The notes beneath the pieces are model-generated. The model was given only the letters and a program-made list of their open reading frames with translations. It was not told the origin of the DNA and made no database searches. From Pseudomonadota bacterium (GTDB lineage: Bacteria; Pseudomonadota; Alphaproteobacteria; Rhizobiales; Beijerinckiaceae), in contig JAFAAP010000145.1 in the NCBI GenBank assembly GCA_023426505.1, forward strand, positions 3,970 through 67,969: a stretch of 64,000 nt of DNA. Direction: 5' to 3'. Both the position numbers and the translations under genes were made by a program. Each line of letters starts with the position of its first letter. Position 1 is the first letter of the stretch. This document shows positions 9,002 to 17,632 of the stretch, piece by piece.

Positions 9002-10434
9002 GCCGCCTTAGCGCGCAGGTCGTCCGGCGTCACGTCGTCCGGTATCGGGCAGACGTAGTCCCGCCCGCCGGTGCGCTCCTTCAGCTCCGCCTTGGCGCGG
9101 GCGATCAGCTCCGGGTTGCGCAAGCAATCGGCCGCGGTCGACGCCATGGCCTTGGCGGCCAGCACCATGCCCTTGTGGGCGGCGGGCAGGTTGCCCTGCG
9201 CCACGAGCTGCCAGGTGTGGAACGGGGTGCCGATGGCGAAGCAGGCCGTGTGGCACTGCACGGTCGGCACGATCCAGCTCACGTCGCCCACGTCGGTGGT
9301 GCCCATCATGACCTCCTCGCGGGTCGGCATGGCGAGCAGGCTGTCGTGCAGGATCCTGGACTTGAGCAACATGTCGTGGGGCTTCACGCTCGCGACGATG
9401 TCCTCCTCCGTCAGCGCCGCCTTGCGCAGTTTTTCCGCGAAGGCGAAGTCGGCATCGTCGAAGGCCGGCGGCCCCAGGCGGCGCATGTTCTCGTACATGG
9501 CCTCCTGCAGGACCTTATTGGGCACGACGTTGGACGTCGCGTCGGTGATCTGCACCGACACGCTCGTCTCAGTCATCAGGGCCGCGCCTTCGGCGATCTT
9601 CTTGACGCGCTCGAACAGGCGCTCCGCGTCCGGCAGATGCGGTGAGCGCACGAGGTAGAGCGATTCAGCATAGGCCTGCACCACGTTCGGCGCGTCGCCG
9701 CCCGTGTTGGTGACGGCGTAATGCACCCGCGCATCGGACGGCATGTGCTCGCGCATGTAGTTGACGCCCACGTTCATCAGCTCCACCGCGTCCAGCGCGC
9801 TGCGGCCCACATGGGGCGCGGCGGCGGCATGCGAGGCGCGGCCCTTAAAGCGGAAGTAGGCCTGGATGCAGGCGAGAGACGACGTGGTCTGCACCTCGTT
9901 GACCACGCTCGGATGCCAGCAGAAAGCCGCGTCGAGATCGTGGAACAGGCCCGCGCGGGCCATGAAGGTCTTGCCCGACCCGCTCTCCTCCGCGGGACAG
10001 CCGTAGTAGCGCACGGTGCCGGCGATGCCCTCCGCCTCGAGCGCATCCTTGAGCGCCACGGCCGCGAGTGCCGACCCCGCGCCGAGCAGGTTGTGGCCGC
10101 AGCCGTGGCCCGGCGTGCCGGCAATCGTCGGCGCGTGCGCGATCTCTCCGGATTTCTGCGCCAGGTCGGGCAGCGCGTCGAACTCGCCCAGGATGCCGAC
10201 GACCGGTCCGCCGCGCCCGAACTCGGCCACGAAGGCGGTCGCCATGCCGCCGACATTGCGGGTGATGCGGAAGCCCTCGGCTTCCAGCATGGCGATCTGC
10301 GCCTCGACCGAGCGGTGCTCCTCGAAGGCGAGCTCCGGCGTCGCCCAGATGCGGTCGCTGAGGTCGCAATAATCGGTGGCCTTCGCGTCGACGCGGCGGG
10401 CGATTTCATCGAGGCTCAGACGGTCGTTGTGCAT
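8998..10434 (-). CDS. M20-family amidohydrolase (AbgB / aminobenzoyl-glutamate hydrolase subunit B-like)
   Basis: 478 aa. N-terminus ...DLSDRIWATPELAFEEHRSVE... and metal-ligand context GHGCGHNLLG are typical of AbgB-type M20D peptidases. Confidence 0.85.
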   Translation of the reverse strand: MHNDRLSLDEIARRVDAKATDYCDLSDRIWATPELAFEEHRSVEAQIAMLEAEGFRITRNVGGMATAFVAEFGRGGPVVGILGEFDALPDLAQKSGEIAHAPTIAGTPGHGCGHNLLGAGSALAAVALKDALEAEGIAGTVRYYGCPAEESGSGKTFMARAGLFHDLDAAFCWHPSVVNEVQTTSSLACIQAYFRFKGRASHAAAAPHVGRSALDAVELMNVGVNYMREHMPSDARVHYAVTNTGGDAPNVVQAYAESLYLVRSPHLPDAERLFERVKKIAEGAALMTETSVSVQITDATSNVVPNKVLQEAMYENMRRLGPPAFDDADFAFAEKLRKAALTEEDIVASVKPHDMLLKSRILHDSLLAMPTREEVMMGTTDVGDVSWIVPTVQCHTACFAIGTPFHTWQLVAQGNLPAAHKGMVLAAKAMASTAADCLRNPELIARAKAELKERTGGRDYVCPIPDDVTPDDLRAKAA

Positions 10435-10588
10435 GTCGCTTCCCTGTACCTAACCCCAGCCGTCGCTCCGGGCTCCGCTGCGCGGCCCCTCAATGACGGC
10501 GGTGGCTCATTGAAGCAGAAGACCTACCCGCAAACCCGGCCCGTGTCAGCCGAGATCGGGCAGCACGACGAGGCGCCGCGTATCGCGA

Positions 10589-11014
10589 TTATTCCGCGAT
10601 CGTTTCGCCTGAGCCGCCGATTTCGGCGGGAAAGTCCCTGAACTTCGGCAGTCCGTCCCGCATTGGCAACACTGTCTCCGCGTAGTTGACGTGAACGCCG
10701 GGGGTGAACGGGAAGGTCGGAATCGTCGCGGCGAACACGTCCACGAGGCCGATGGTCGGATGGTTGGTCATCAGGTGTCCGCCGCACTTGGCGCAGTACT
10801 GGCGCTGGCTGAACGGCGTCTTCTGGAACGTCGCGACATGCTCGGCCCCCGAAGTGACGCGCACCGCCTCGGGCTTCCAGAGGCTGAAAGCGTTCACCGG
10901 CCCGCCGGACCATGACCGGCACGACCGGCAGTGGCAGTAGCCCATGCCCTCCGGGGAGCCGGAGACCTCGACTTCGACCGCGCCGCAAAAGCATTGTCCG
11001 TGATAGGTGGTCAT
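10589..11014 (-). CDS. GFA (glutathione-dependent formaldehyde-activating / CENP-V) family zinc protein
   Basis: MTTYHGQCFCGAVEVEV...GYCHCRSCRSWSG...YCAKCGGHL cysteine pattern. Confidence 0.8.
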   Translation of the reverse strand: MTTYHGQCFCGAVEVEVSGSPEGMGYCHCRSCRSWSGGPVNAFSLWKPEAVRVTSGAEHVATFQKTPFSQRQYCAKCGGHLMTNHPTIGLVDVFAATIPTFPFTPGVHVNYAETVLPMRDGLPKFRDFPAEIGGSGETIAE

Positions 11015-11176
11015 GGCTCCCTCTCCGGTCCGGTGTCAGCAGCCCCGCCAGCCCGCATTAGAGAATGGTTCCGGGAGCGATTGAACAGACGAACCGGAAC
11101 CCTGACAAGGCATCCCTCCCGGCGATATCGTCGATGCCACTTTTGAGCAGCACGGCGGAAGTCCCCGTCGGCGCCC

Positions 11177-12721
11177 TTACCCGACTGCGAACAGGTCTCG
11201 GTTGTCGGAGCTCGCCACCGGTTCCTCGAAGGCGTTCGGGTCGCCCGGGCCGGTCTCCCAGCCGAGATCGGGCAGCGCGATGATGCGAAGCCCCCGCGGG
11301 TCGTTGCGGGTCACGACGATGCCGCGGCTCTCCATGTAGGCGATGAGGCGCCGGGCGCGGCCGGGCGAGCGGCTGCCGCAGGCGCGGGCGATCTCGCCGT
11401 CCGGCGGACAGGCCGAGCCCTCCATGGCGGCGCGGGCGAGCAGCAGGAACACGCCCTGGATGTCCTCCGCCAGATCCGCCGCGAAGGCGACGGCGCGGTC
11501 CCACTCGGTGCCTTCGGCGGTCGCCGTGTCGACGCCGGCGCGCGCCACCGCGAGGCGGCGGCGGAAGGCCGGCAGGCTCAAGGGCTCGCCGCTCACGCGG
11601 CGGATGCGGCAGCGCACGAGGAAGTCCTGGTAGAGCACCGCCACCGTGCGGAAGGCGGCCTCCGGATCGTCGAGGATCTCGCGCAGGATGGCGTCGAGGG
11701 TCGCGTCGCGCTCGGCCTTCGATTCCTCTGTCGCCTCGGCCTCGGGCTCCGGCGCGGCGGCAGGCCGGGTGCGGGCGAGCTGGGCCAGGAGGTCGTTTGT
11801 GGACGGGGCCGGCGGAGGCGGCGGGGCGCGGCGCGGCATGACCGGGCGCACGGGCTCGTCCTCGCCCGGCTTGAAGATGAGGTCGCGCGCCTCGTCCTTC
11901 GGCTGTTCGGGAAGGGGCACGAGCTTGAAGCTGCCCGAGCGGGCCGAGGTCTCGACCGCCCCGATGCGGATCGGGACCGGGCGGCGGGAGAGCGCAGGCC
12001 CCAGCGCCACGAAATGGCCGCGCTCGAGGTCGCGGAACATTTCTGCCTGCCGGCGCTCCATCCCGAGAAGATCGGCCGCGCGGGCCATGTCGATGTCCAG
12101 GAAGGTGCGGCCCATGAGGAAGTTCGAGGCCTCGGCCGCCACGTTCTTGGCGAGCTTGGCGAGGCGCTGGGTCGCGATGATGCCGGCAAGCCCGCGCTTG
12201 CGGCCGCGGCACATGAGGTTGGTCATGGCCCCGAGGGACACTTTCCGCGCCTCGTCCGACACGTCGCCGGCGGCGGCCGGCGCGAAGAGCTGCGCCTCGT
12301 CCACCACGACGAGCATCGGGTACCAGTAGTCGCGGTCCGCATCGAACAGGCCGCCGAGAAAAGCCGCTGCGCAGCGCATCTGGGCCTCGGCGTCGAGGCC
12401 CTCCAGGCTCAGCACCACCGACACCCGGTGCTGGCGCACGCGGGCGGCGATGCGCTGGATGTCGCCCTCGCTGCGGGAGGCGTCCACCACCACGTGGCCG
12501 AACCTGTCGGCGAGCGTGACGAAGTCGCCCTCCGGGTCGATGATGGCCTGCTGGACCAGGGATGCGCTCTGCTCCAGGAGCCGGCGCAGCAGATGCGACT
12601 TGCCGGAGCCGGAATTGCCCTGGACGAGCAGGCGCGTCGCCAGGAGCTCCTCCAGATCGAGCAGCGCCGACCCTCCTCCGGGCGCGGAGGACGCCTGTCC
12701 CATGTCGATGCCGACCTTCAT
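11177..12721 (-). CDS. HerA/FtsK-superfamily (DUF87-like) P-loop ATPase with about 200-aa C-terminal extension
   Basis: Start trimmed to MKVGIDMG. Walker A in VQGNSGSGKSHLL and Walker B in MLVVVDEAQLF. HerA-like RGRKRGLAGIIATQRLAKL segment. The C-terminal third has no motif I can name (a wHTH-like ending is only a guess). Confidence 0.7.
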   Translation of the reverse strand: MKVGIDMGQASSAPGGGSALLDLEELLATRLLVQGNSGSGKSHLLRRLLEQSASLVQQAIIDPEGDFVTLADRFGHVVVDASRSEGDIQRIAARVRQHRVSVVLSLEGLDAEAQMRCAAAFLGGLFDADRDYWYPMLVVVDEAQLFAPAAAGDVSDEARKVSLGAMTNLMCRGRKRGLAGIIATQRLAKLAKNVAAEASNFLMGRTFLDIDMARAADLLGMERRQAEMFRDLERGHFVALGPALSRRPVPIRIGAVETSARSGSFKLVPLPEQPKDEARDLIFKPGEDEPVRPVMPRRAPPPPPAPSTNDLLAQLARTRPAAAPEPEAEATEESKAERDATLDAILREILDDPEAAFRTVAVLYQDFLVRCRIRRVSGEPLSLPAFRRRLAVARAGVDTATAEGTEWDRAVAFAADLAEDIQGVFLLLARAAMEGSACPPDGEIARACGSRSPGRARRLIAYMESRGIVVTRNDPRGLRIIALPDLGWETGPGDPNAFEEPVASSDNRDLFAVG

Positions 12722-12907
12722 CAGCCTCCCTCGTGCGAATGTTCCAAACCGGCCTCGTCCTAACACGCGGCGGGCCGGGAAAGTGCCCGAATTCCCGGAA
12801 TCCTCCACAGGCTCGCGCGGCTATCCCCAGGCATGAGGCCGCAGGGGCGCCGAAACCGGCGGGAGGACCGGATCATTAACCATGCAGGACAGCTGCCAGG
12901 AGAACCG

Positions 12908-13138
12908 ATGCCGCCGATCGTCCCTGACTTTGCCCTGCCCGACCTGCTGATTCTCCGGCCGGAGAGCTCCCCCGTCCGCGTCGGCTCGGCCGGGTCGCCG
13001 CCGGGCAGCGAGGGCGGCACGGACGCGCCGCCTCCGGGCGAGGCCCGGATGGAAGCCCTGTTCGAGACGGTGGGTATCGGGCTGATGCTGGTGATCGTGG
13101 TGGCGGCCGCCTGGATCCTGATCCGCCAGCGCCGCTGA
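12908..13138 (+). CDS. Small single-pass membrane protein, hypothetical
   Basis: ATG at 12908 preceded by AGGAGA. C-terminal TM helix ALFETVGIGLMLVIVVAAAWILI followed by RQRR. No family recognised. Confidence 0.35.
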   Translation: MPPIVPDFALPDLLILRPESSPVRVGSAGSPPGSEGGTDAPPPGEARMEALFETVGIGLMLVIVVAAAWILIRQRR

Positions 13139-13160
13139 GCCCTCAAGGCTCCGGAGTCGG

Positions 13161-13634
13161 TCAGCGGGCCGTCCGGTCCACCGGGATGTCGAAATGCATG
13201 ACCTCCTCCCGGATCCCGAGCTTATCGTAGAGCGCGACTGCCGGATCGTCCCCGTAATCAGCCTGGACGTAGATCACCCAGACGTTCCGGCGCGCCGCGA
13301 TGGCGCGGAGATGCTCGATCAAGGCCGTGGCGACGCCCTGCCGCCGATGCGCCTCGTCGACCGCGAGGTCGTAGATGTAGACCTCGCGCCGGGCCTTCTC
13401 GAACTTGTCGAGCTCGTAGGCCACGAGTCCGCCGATCACCTCCCCGCCCGAAAGGGCCACCAGGGCGATGACGTGCTCCTTGGCGAGCAGGGCTTCGAGG
13501 TAGGCGTCGTCCGGCGGCTCGGCCCCATAGGTCTCGGGTTCGTCAAAGACCTGGGCGAACAGGGCGTTGAGCCTGCGCATCAGCGGCAGGTCGGCGGACG
13601 TGAGGCGGCGGAGGATAAGGGAGGGCTGGCTCAT
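13161..13634 (-). CDS. GNAT acetyltransferase, AAC(3)-I (aminoglycoside 3-N-acetyltransferase type I)-like
   Basis: The C-terminal half, [25 protein letters not shown]...[31 protein letters not shown], is near-identical in pattern to my recollection of AAC(3)-Ia ([19 protein letters not shown]...[31 protein letters not shown]). Confidence 0.8.
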   Translation of the reverse strand: [157 protein letters not shown]

Positions 13635-13816
13635 GTGCTTAAGCTATAGCGCCTCCGACGCGGCATGAACTCTCAAAACATCGTGGTTTGAGCGGCACGA
13701 TCCGCCGACATTGCCCGACGCGTGAGATCGGATCCTGCCGAGTTGGGGCCTGACGCAGCCCTCCCGCCCGATTCAGGATCGGCTCCCCCCTCGACAGAAA
13801 CATCGCAAGGGAGTAT

Positions 13817-13840
13817 CTATGACTGACTAGTCAGTCATAG
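13817..13840. promoter_or_regulatory. Perfect 24-bp palindrome CTATGACTGACTAGTCAGTCATAG; probable TetR operator
   Basis: Read directly. It ends 15 nt upstream of the TetR ATG (13856), in the divergent intergenic region shared with the AAC(3)-like gene. Its size and symmetry are typical of TetR/AcrR operators. Confidence 0.6.
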
Positions 13841-13855
13841 AGCTAAGATTTGAGC

Positions 13856-14503
13856 ATGTCGCTGAGGAAGCGCCCCGCCAAGAAGGCTCCGGCCCGGAGC
13901 GAGAACGACCGGCAGGCGCGGCTGCAGGCGATCCTGGACGCCGCCCTCGACGTCTTTCTCGACAAGGGCTTCGCGGAGGCTCGTCTCGATGACGTAGCGG
14001 CCCGTGCCGGGGTCGCGAAGGGCACGATCTACCTCTACGTTCCGTCGAAGCAGGCTCTCTTCGAAGCCCTGGTGAAATCGGGCATCGGCGGCGCTCTCGG
14101 CACCATCGAGCACAAGGTCCTGGCCCTCGACATGACGGCCGAGGAACAGCTCCGGGCTTTGTTCGCCTTTCTGCGTCAGGAGGTGCTCGGCACCCGCCGA
14201 CTCGACATCGTGCGCCTGTTCCTGCGCGAGGGCTCGCGCTTCCCGGAACTGGCGGAGATCTACCACCGCGAGGTGATCAGTCGGGGGCTCGCCCTCCTGC
14301 GCGGCATCGCGGAGCGCGGCGTCGCGAGCGGCGAGTTCCGGTCGGACGAGATCGTACGTTTCCCGCAGCTCGCGATCGCGCCGGGACTGATGGCGCTCAT
14401 CTGGACCAGCCTGTTCCAGCGCCTCGATCCGATCGACGTCGGCGGGATGCTCGACGCGCATCTGGCCATGATGATGAAGGCGCTCAAAGGACAGCCGTCA
14501 TGA
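13856..14503 (+). CDS. TetR/AcrR-family transcriptional regulator
   Basis: N-terminal HTH ...ILDAALDVFLDKGFAEARLDDVAARAGVAKGTIYLYVPSKQALF. The track ORF begins at a TTG at 13850; the ATG at 13856 is preferred. The stop overlaps the HlyD start (ATGA). Confidence 0.85.
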   Translation: MSLRKRPAKKAPARSENDRQARLQAILDAALDVFLDKGFAEARLDDVAARAGVAKGTIYLYVPSKQALFEALVKSGIGGALGTIEHKVLALDMTAEEQLRALFAFLRQEVLGTRRLDIVRLFLREGSRFPELAEIYHREVISRGLALLRGIAERGVASGEFRSDEIVRFPQLAIAPGLMALIWTSLFQRLDPIDVGGMLDAHLAMMMKALKGQPS

Positions 14504-15474
14504 AGCGCGCTCTGCTCATCGGGCTGGTGGTGGTCCTCGCGGCCGGCGGGTTCGGGGCCTGGTACGTGCTGCGCCCGAGAGGAACCGCGCAGGGCTTCCA
14601 GGGCTATGTGGAAGGCTATCTCGTCTTCATGGCGCCGGAGGACGGCGGACGCATCGAGACGCTCTCGGTCGATTCCGCCGACCAGGTGAAAAAGGGCGCG
14701 CCTCTCTTCGTCCTCGAATCCTCGATGCAGCTCGCCCAGCGCAACGAGTCCGACGCGAAGCTGCAGCAGGCGCGCGCCGAGCTCGCCGATCTCCAGGCGG
14801 CTCTCCAGCGGCCGGAGCAGATCGCGATCATCAAGGCCCAGGAGGAGCGGGCGAAGGCGCAGCTCACCCTGTCGCAGACGGAACTCGACCGGCAGCGGAC
14901 CCTCTACGAGCGCGGGATCGCCGCCAAGGCCCAGTACGACCAGGCGCGCACCGCCTTCGAGCGCGACAAGGCGGCGCTCGAGGAGGTGCAGCGGCAGATC
15001 GAGGCCGGAGGGATTGCCGCTCGCTCGGCCACGATCAGGGCGGCGCAAGCCAATGTCGAGGCGGCGGAGGCAGCCCTGAACCAGGCCGAGACGCGGCTCG
15101 CCAGGCGCCGGGTGACGGCCCCGGCCGATGCCCAGGTGCAGGACGTGTTCTTCCGGGCGGGCGAGACGGTGAATGCGGGCCAGCCGGTCCTCTCCCTCCT
15201 GCCGCCGGAGAACCGGCGCATCCGCTTCTACGTGCCGGAGCCGAAGCTCGCGACGGTCGCGCTCGGGCAGGAGGTCGGGGTAACCTGCGACAGCTGCCAG
15301 CCGGGGCTTCGCGCCCGCATCAGCTTCATCGCCCGCGAGGCGGAGTTCACGCCGCCGGTGATCTTCAGCCAGGAGGAGCGCGCCAAGCTCGTGTTCCGGG
15401 TCGAGGCCAAGCCCGCGGACGGCGCCGACCTGCCGATCGGCCTGCCCGTCACTGTCCTGCCTCTCGGCGGATGA
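14500..15474 (+). CDS. HlyD-family membrane-fusion/periplasmic adaptor protein (YbhG-like)
   Basis: N-terminal TM, a long coiled-coil (AQRNESDAKLQQARAELADLQ...) and a beta-barrel C-terminus. Sits in an operon with ABC-2 transporter genes. Confidence 0.85.
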   Translation: MKRALLIGLVVVLAAGGFGAWYVLRPRGTAQGFQGYVEGYLVFMAPEDGGRIETLSVDSADQVKKGAPLFVLESSMQLAQRNESDAKLQQARAELADLQAALQRPEQIAIIKAQEERAKAQLTLSQTELDRQRTLYERGIAAKAQYDQARTAFERDKAALEEVQRQIEAGGIAARSATIRAAQANVEAAEAALNQAETRLARRRVTAPADAQVQDVFFRAGETVNAGQPVLSLLPPENRRIRFYVPEPKLATVALGQEVGVTCDSCQPGLRARISFIAREAEFTPPVIFSQEERAKLVFRVEAKPADGADLPIGLPVTVLPLGG

Positions 15475-15481
15475 GGGGATC

Positions 15482-16438
15482 ATGACCGCACACCCCACCG
15501 CCCGGCCCGAGCCTTCCGCCGACATCGTGATCGACGTGCACGGGCTCACCAAATCGTTCGGCGGCCGGACGGTGGTGCGGGATCTCACCATGCAGGTCCA
15601 TCGCGGCCTGATCTACGGCTTCCTCGGGCCGAACGGCAGCGGCAAGACCACGACCCTGCGCATGCTCTGCGGGCTGCTGACGCCGGACGGCGGCAGTGGC
15701 ACGTGCCTCGGCTACGACATCCTGACCCAATCGGCCGAGATCAAGCGCCATGTCGGCTACATGACGCAGCGCTTCTCGCTCTATGCGGACCTCTCCATTC
15801 GCGAGAACCTGGAATTCGTCGCCCGCGTCTACAACCTCCCCGACCCGCGCGCCTCCGCCCGCGAAGCGATCCGCCGCCTCGGGCTCGAGAACCGCGCCGA
15901 TCAGCTCGCGGGCGAGCTCTCGGGCGGCTGGAAGCAGCGCCTCGCTCTCGGCGCCTGCATCCTGCCCGGGCCGCAGCTCCTCCTCCTCGACGAGCCGACC
16001 GCGGGCGTCGACCCGAAGGCGCGGCGCGACTTCTGGGACGAGATCCACGCGCTCGCCCACGAGGGCATCACGGTGCTGGTCTCGACCCACTACATGGACG
16101 AGGCCGAGCGCTGTCACGAGATCGCCTACATCGCCTACGGCGACCTGCTCGCGCAGGGGACCGTCGACGAGGTGATCGCCAATGCGCATCTCGCCACCTA
16201 CACGGTCACCGGCCCGGATCTCGCCGACCTGGCGGAGCGCCTGAAGGCGCTGCCGGGCGTCGACATGGTGGCGCCCTTCGGAACGGCTTTGCACGTGAGC
16301 GGACGCGACGCGGCGGCGCTCGACGCCTCGACGCGGGAGCTGCGCGGGCGCGGGCCGCAGGTCTGGACGCCGGGCGACGCCACCCTCGAGGACGTGTTCA
16401 TCGACCTGATGAGCCGCACGAAGGACAATTTCGCATGA
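15482..16438 (+). CDS. ABC transporter ATP-binding protein (ABC-2 type)
   Basis: Walker A GPNGSGKTT, signature LSGGWKQRL, Walker B LLLLDEPT. Confidence 0.9.
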   Translation: MTAHPTARPEPSADIVIDVHGLTKSFGGRTVVRDLTMQVHRGLIYGFLGPNGSGKTTTLRMLCGLLTPDGGSGTCLGYDILTQSAEIKRHVGYMTQRFSLYADLSIRENLEFVARVYNLPDPRASAREAIRRLGLENRADQLAGELSGGWKQRLALGACILPGPQLLLLDEPTAGVDPKARRDFWDEIHALAHEGITVLVSTHYMDEAERCHEIAYIAYGDLLAQGTVDEVIANAHLATYTVTGPDLADLAERLKALPGVDMVAPFGTALHVSGRDAAALDASTRELRGRGPQVWTPGDATLEDVFIDLMSRTKDNFA

Positions 16439-17607
16439 GCGCGGGTGCAGGCATCGGCGACGGGCGCGGACGGGGATTGAGGGCATCGCTTGGGCGAATC
16501 TACGCGGCCTTCGTCAAGGAGCTGCTGCAGCTGCGCCGCGACCGCATCACCTTCGCGACGATGATCTTCATCCCGCTGTTCCAGCTCTTCCTGTTCGGCT
16601 ACGCCATCAACACCGACCCGAAGCACCTGCCGACCGCGGTGCTGATCCAGGACGAGAGCTCCTTCGCGCGCTCGTTCCTTTCGGCCATGCGGGTGAGCGA
16701 CTATTTCGACATCCGGGCGAGCGCCGCGAGCGAGGCGGAGCTCGACCACCTGATCCTGTCCGGCAAGGTGCAGTTCGGGGTCCAGATCCCGGCCCATTTC
16801 GGCCGCGACCTGATCCGGGGCGAGCGCCCCGCCGTGCTGGTGATCGCGGATGCGAGCGACCCCGTGGCGGCGGGCGGCGCGGTCTCGGCCCTGCAGGGAC
16901 TGTCGTCGAGCGTCTTCTCGCGCGAGCTGACCGGGCCGGTGGCGGGCCTCGCGCCGAAGCCCCTGCCCTACGAGCTGAGGATCCACCGCCGCTACAACCC
17001 GGCCGGCGAGACCCGGCTCAACATCGTGCCGGGCCTCATGGGCACGATCCTGACGCTGACCATGCTGATCTTCACGGCGCTGTCGGTCACCCGCGAGGTG
17101 GAGCGCGGCACCATGGAGAGCCTGCTCGCCATGCCGATCCGCCCCGTCGAGATCATGCTCGGCAAGATCGCCCCCTACCTGGTGATCGGCGGGCTGCAGG
17201 GGGCGTTGATCCTCGGAGCCGCGAAGCTTCTCTTCAGCGTGCCGATCGTCGGCAGCCTCGCGCTTCTCGTGGCGCTGACGCTGCTGTTCATTCTGGCGAA
17301 CCTGTCGGTGGGCTACACCTTCTCGACCATCGCCACGAGCCAGCTCCAGGCGATGCAGATGTCGTTCTTCTTCTTCCTGCCCAACATCCTGCTGTCCGGC
17401 TTCATGTTTCCGTTCCGCGGCATGCCGGGCTGGGCGCAAGCCGTCGGCGAGATCCTGCCCCTCACCCATTACCTGCGCATCGTGCGGGGCATCATGCTGA
17501 AAGGCGCGGGCTTCGTGGACCTGCAAACCGACGTGCTGGCCCTCGTGGCCTTCATGCTTGCGGCCATGACGGTCGCGGTGCTGCGCTTCCGGCAGACGCT
17601 GGACTGA
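16435..17607 (+). CDS. ABC-2 type transporter permease (YbhS/YbhR-like)
   Basis: The ATG at 16435 overlaps the ATPase stop (ATGA). Sequence FVKELLQLRRDRITFATMIFIPLFQLFLFGYAIN plus six predicted TM segments. The upstream part of the 634-aa track ORF is alternate-frame read-through. Confidence 0.85.
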   Translation: MSAGAGIGDGRGRGLRASLGRIYAAFVKELLQLRRDRITFATMIFIPLFQLFLFGYAINTDPKHLPTAVLIQDESSFARSFLSAMRVSDYFDIRASAASEAELDHLILSGKVQFGVQIPAHFGRDLIRGERPAVLVIADASDPVAAGGAVSALQGLSSSVFSRELTGPVAGLAPKPLPYELRIHRRYNPAGETRLNIVPGLMGTILTLTMLIFTALSVTREVERGTMESLLAMPIRPVEIMLGKIAPYLVIGGLQGALILGAAKLLFSVPIVGSLALLVALTLLFILANLSVGYTFSTIATSQLQAMQMSFFFFLPNILLSGFMFPFRGMPGWAQAVGEILPLTHYLRIVRGIMLKGAGFVDLQTDVLALVAFMLAAMTVAVLRFRQTLD

Positions 17608-17632
17608 TCAACCCTCCCGCGTGCCGCACAGC

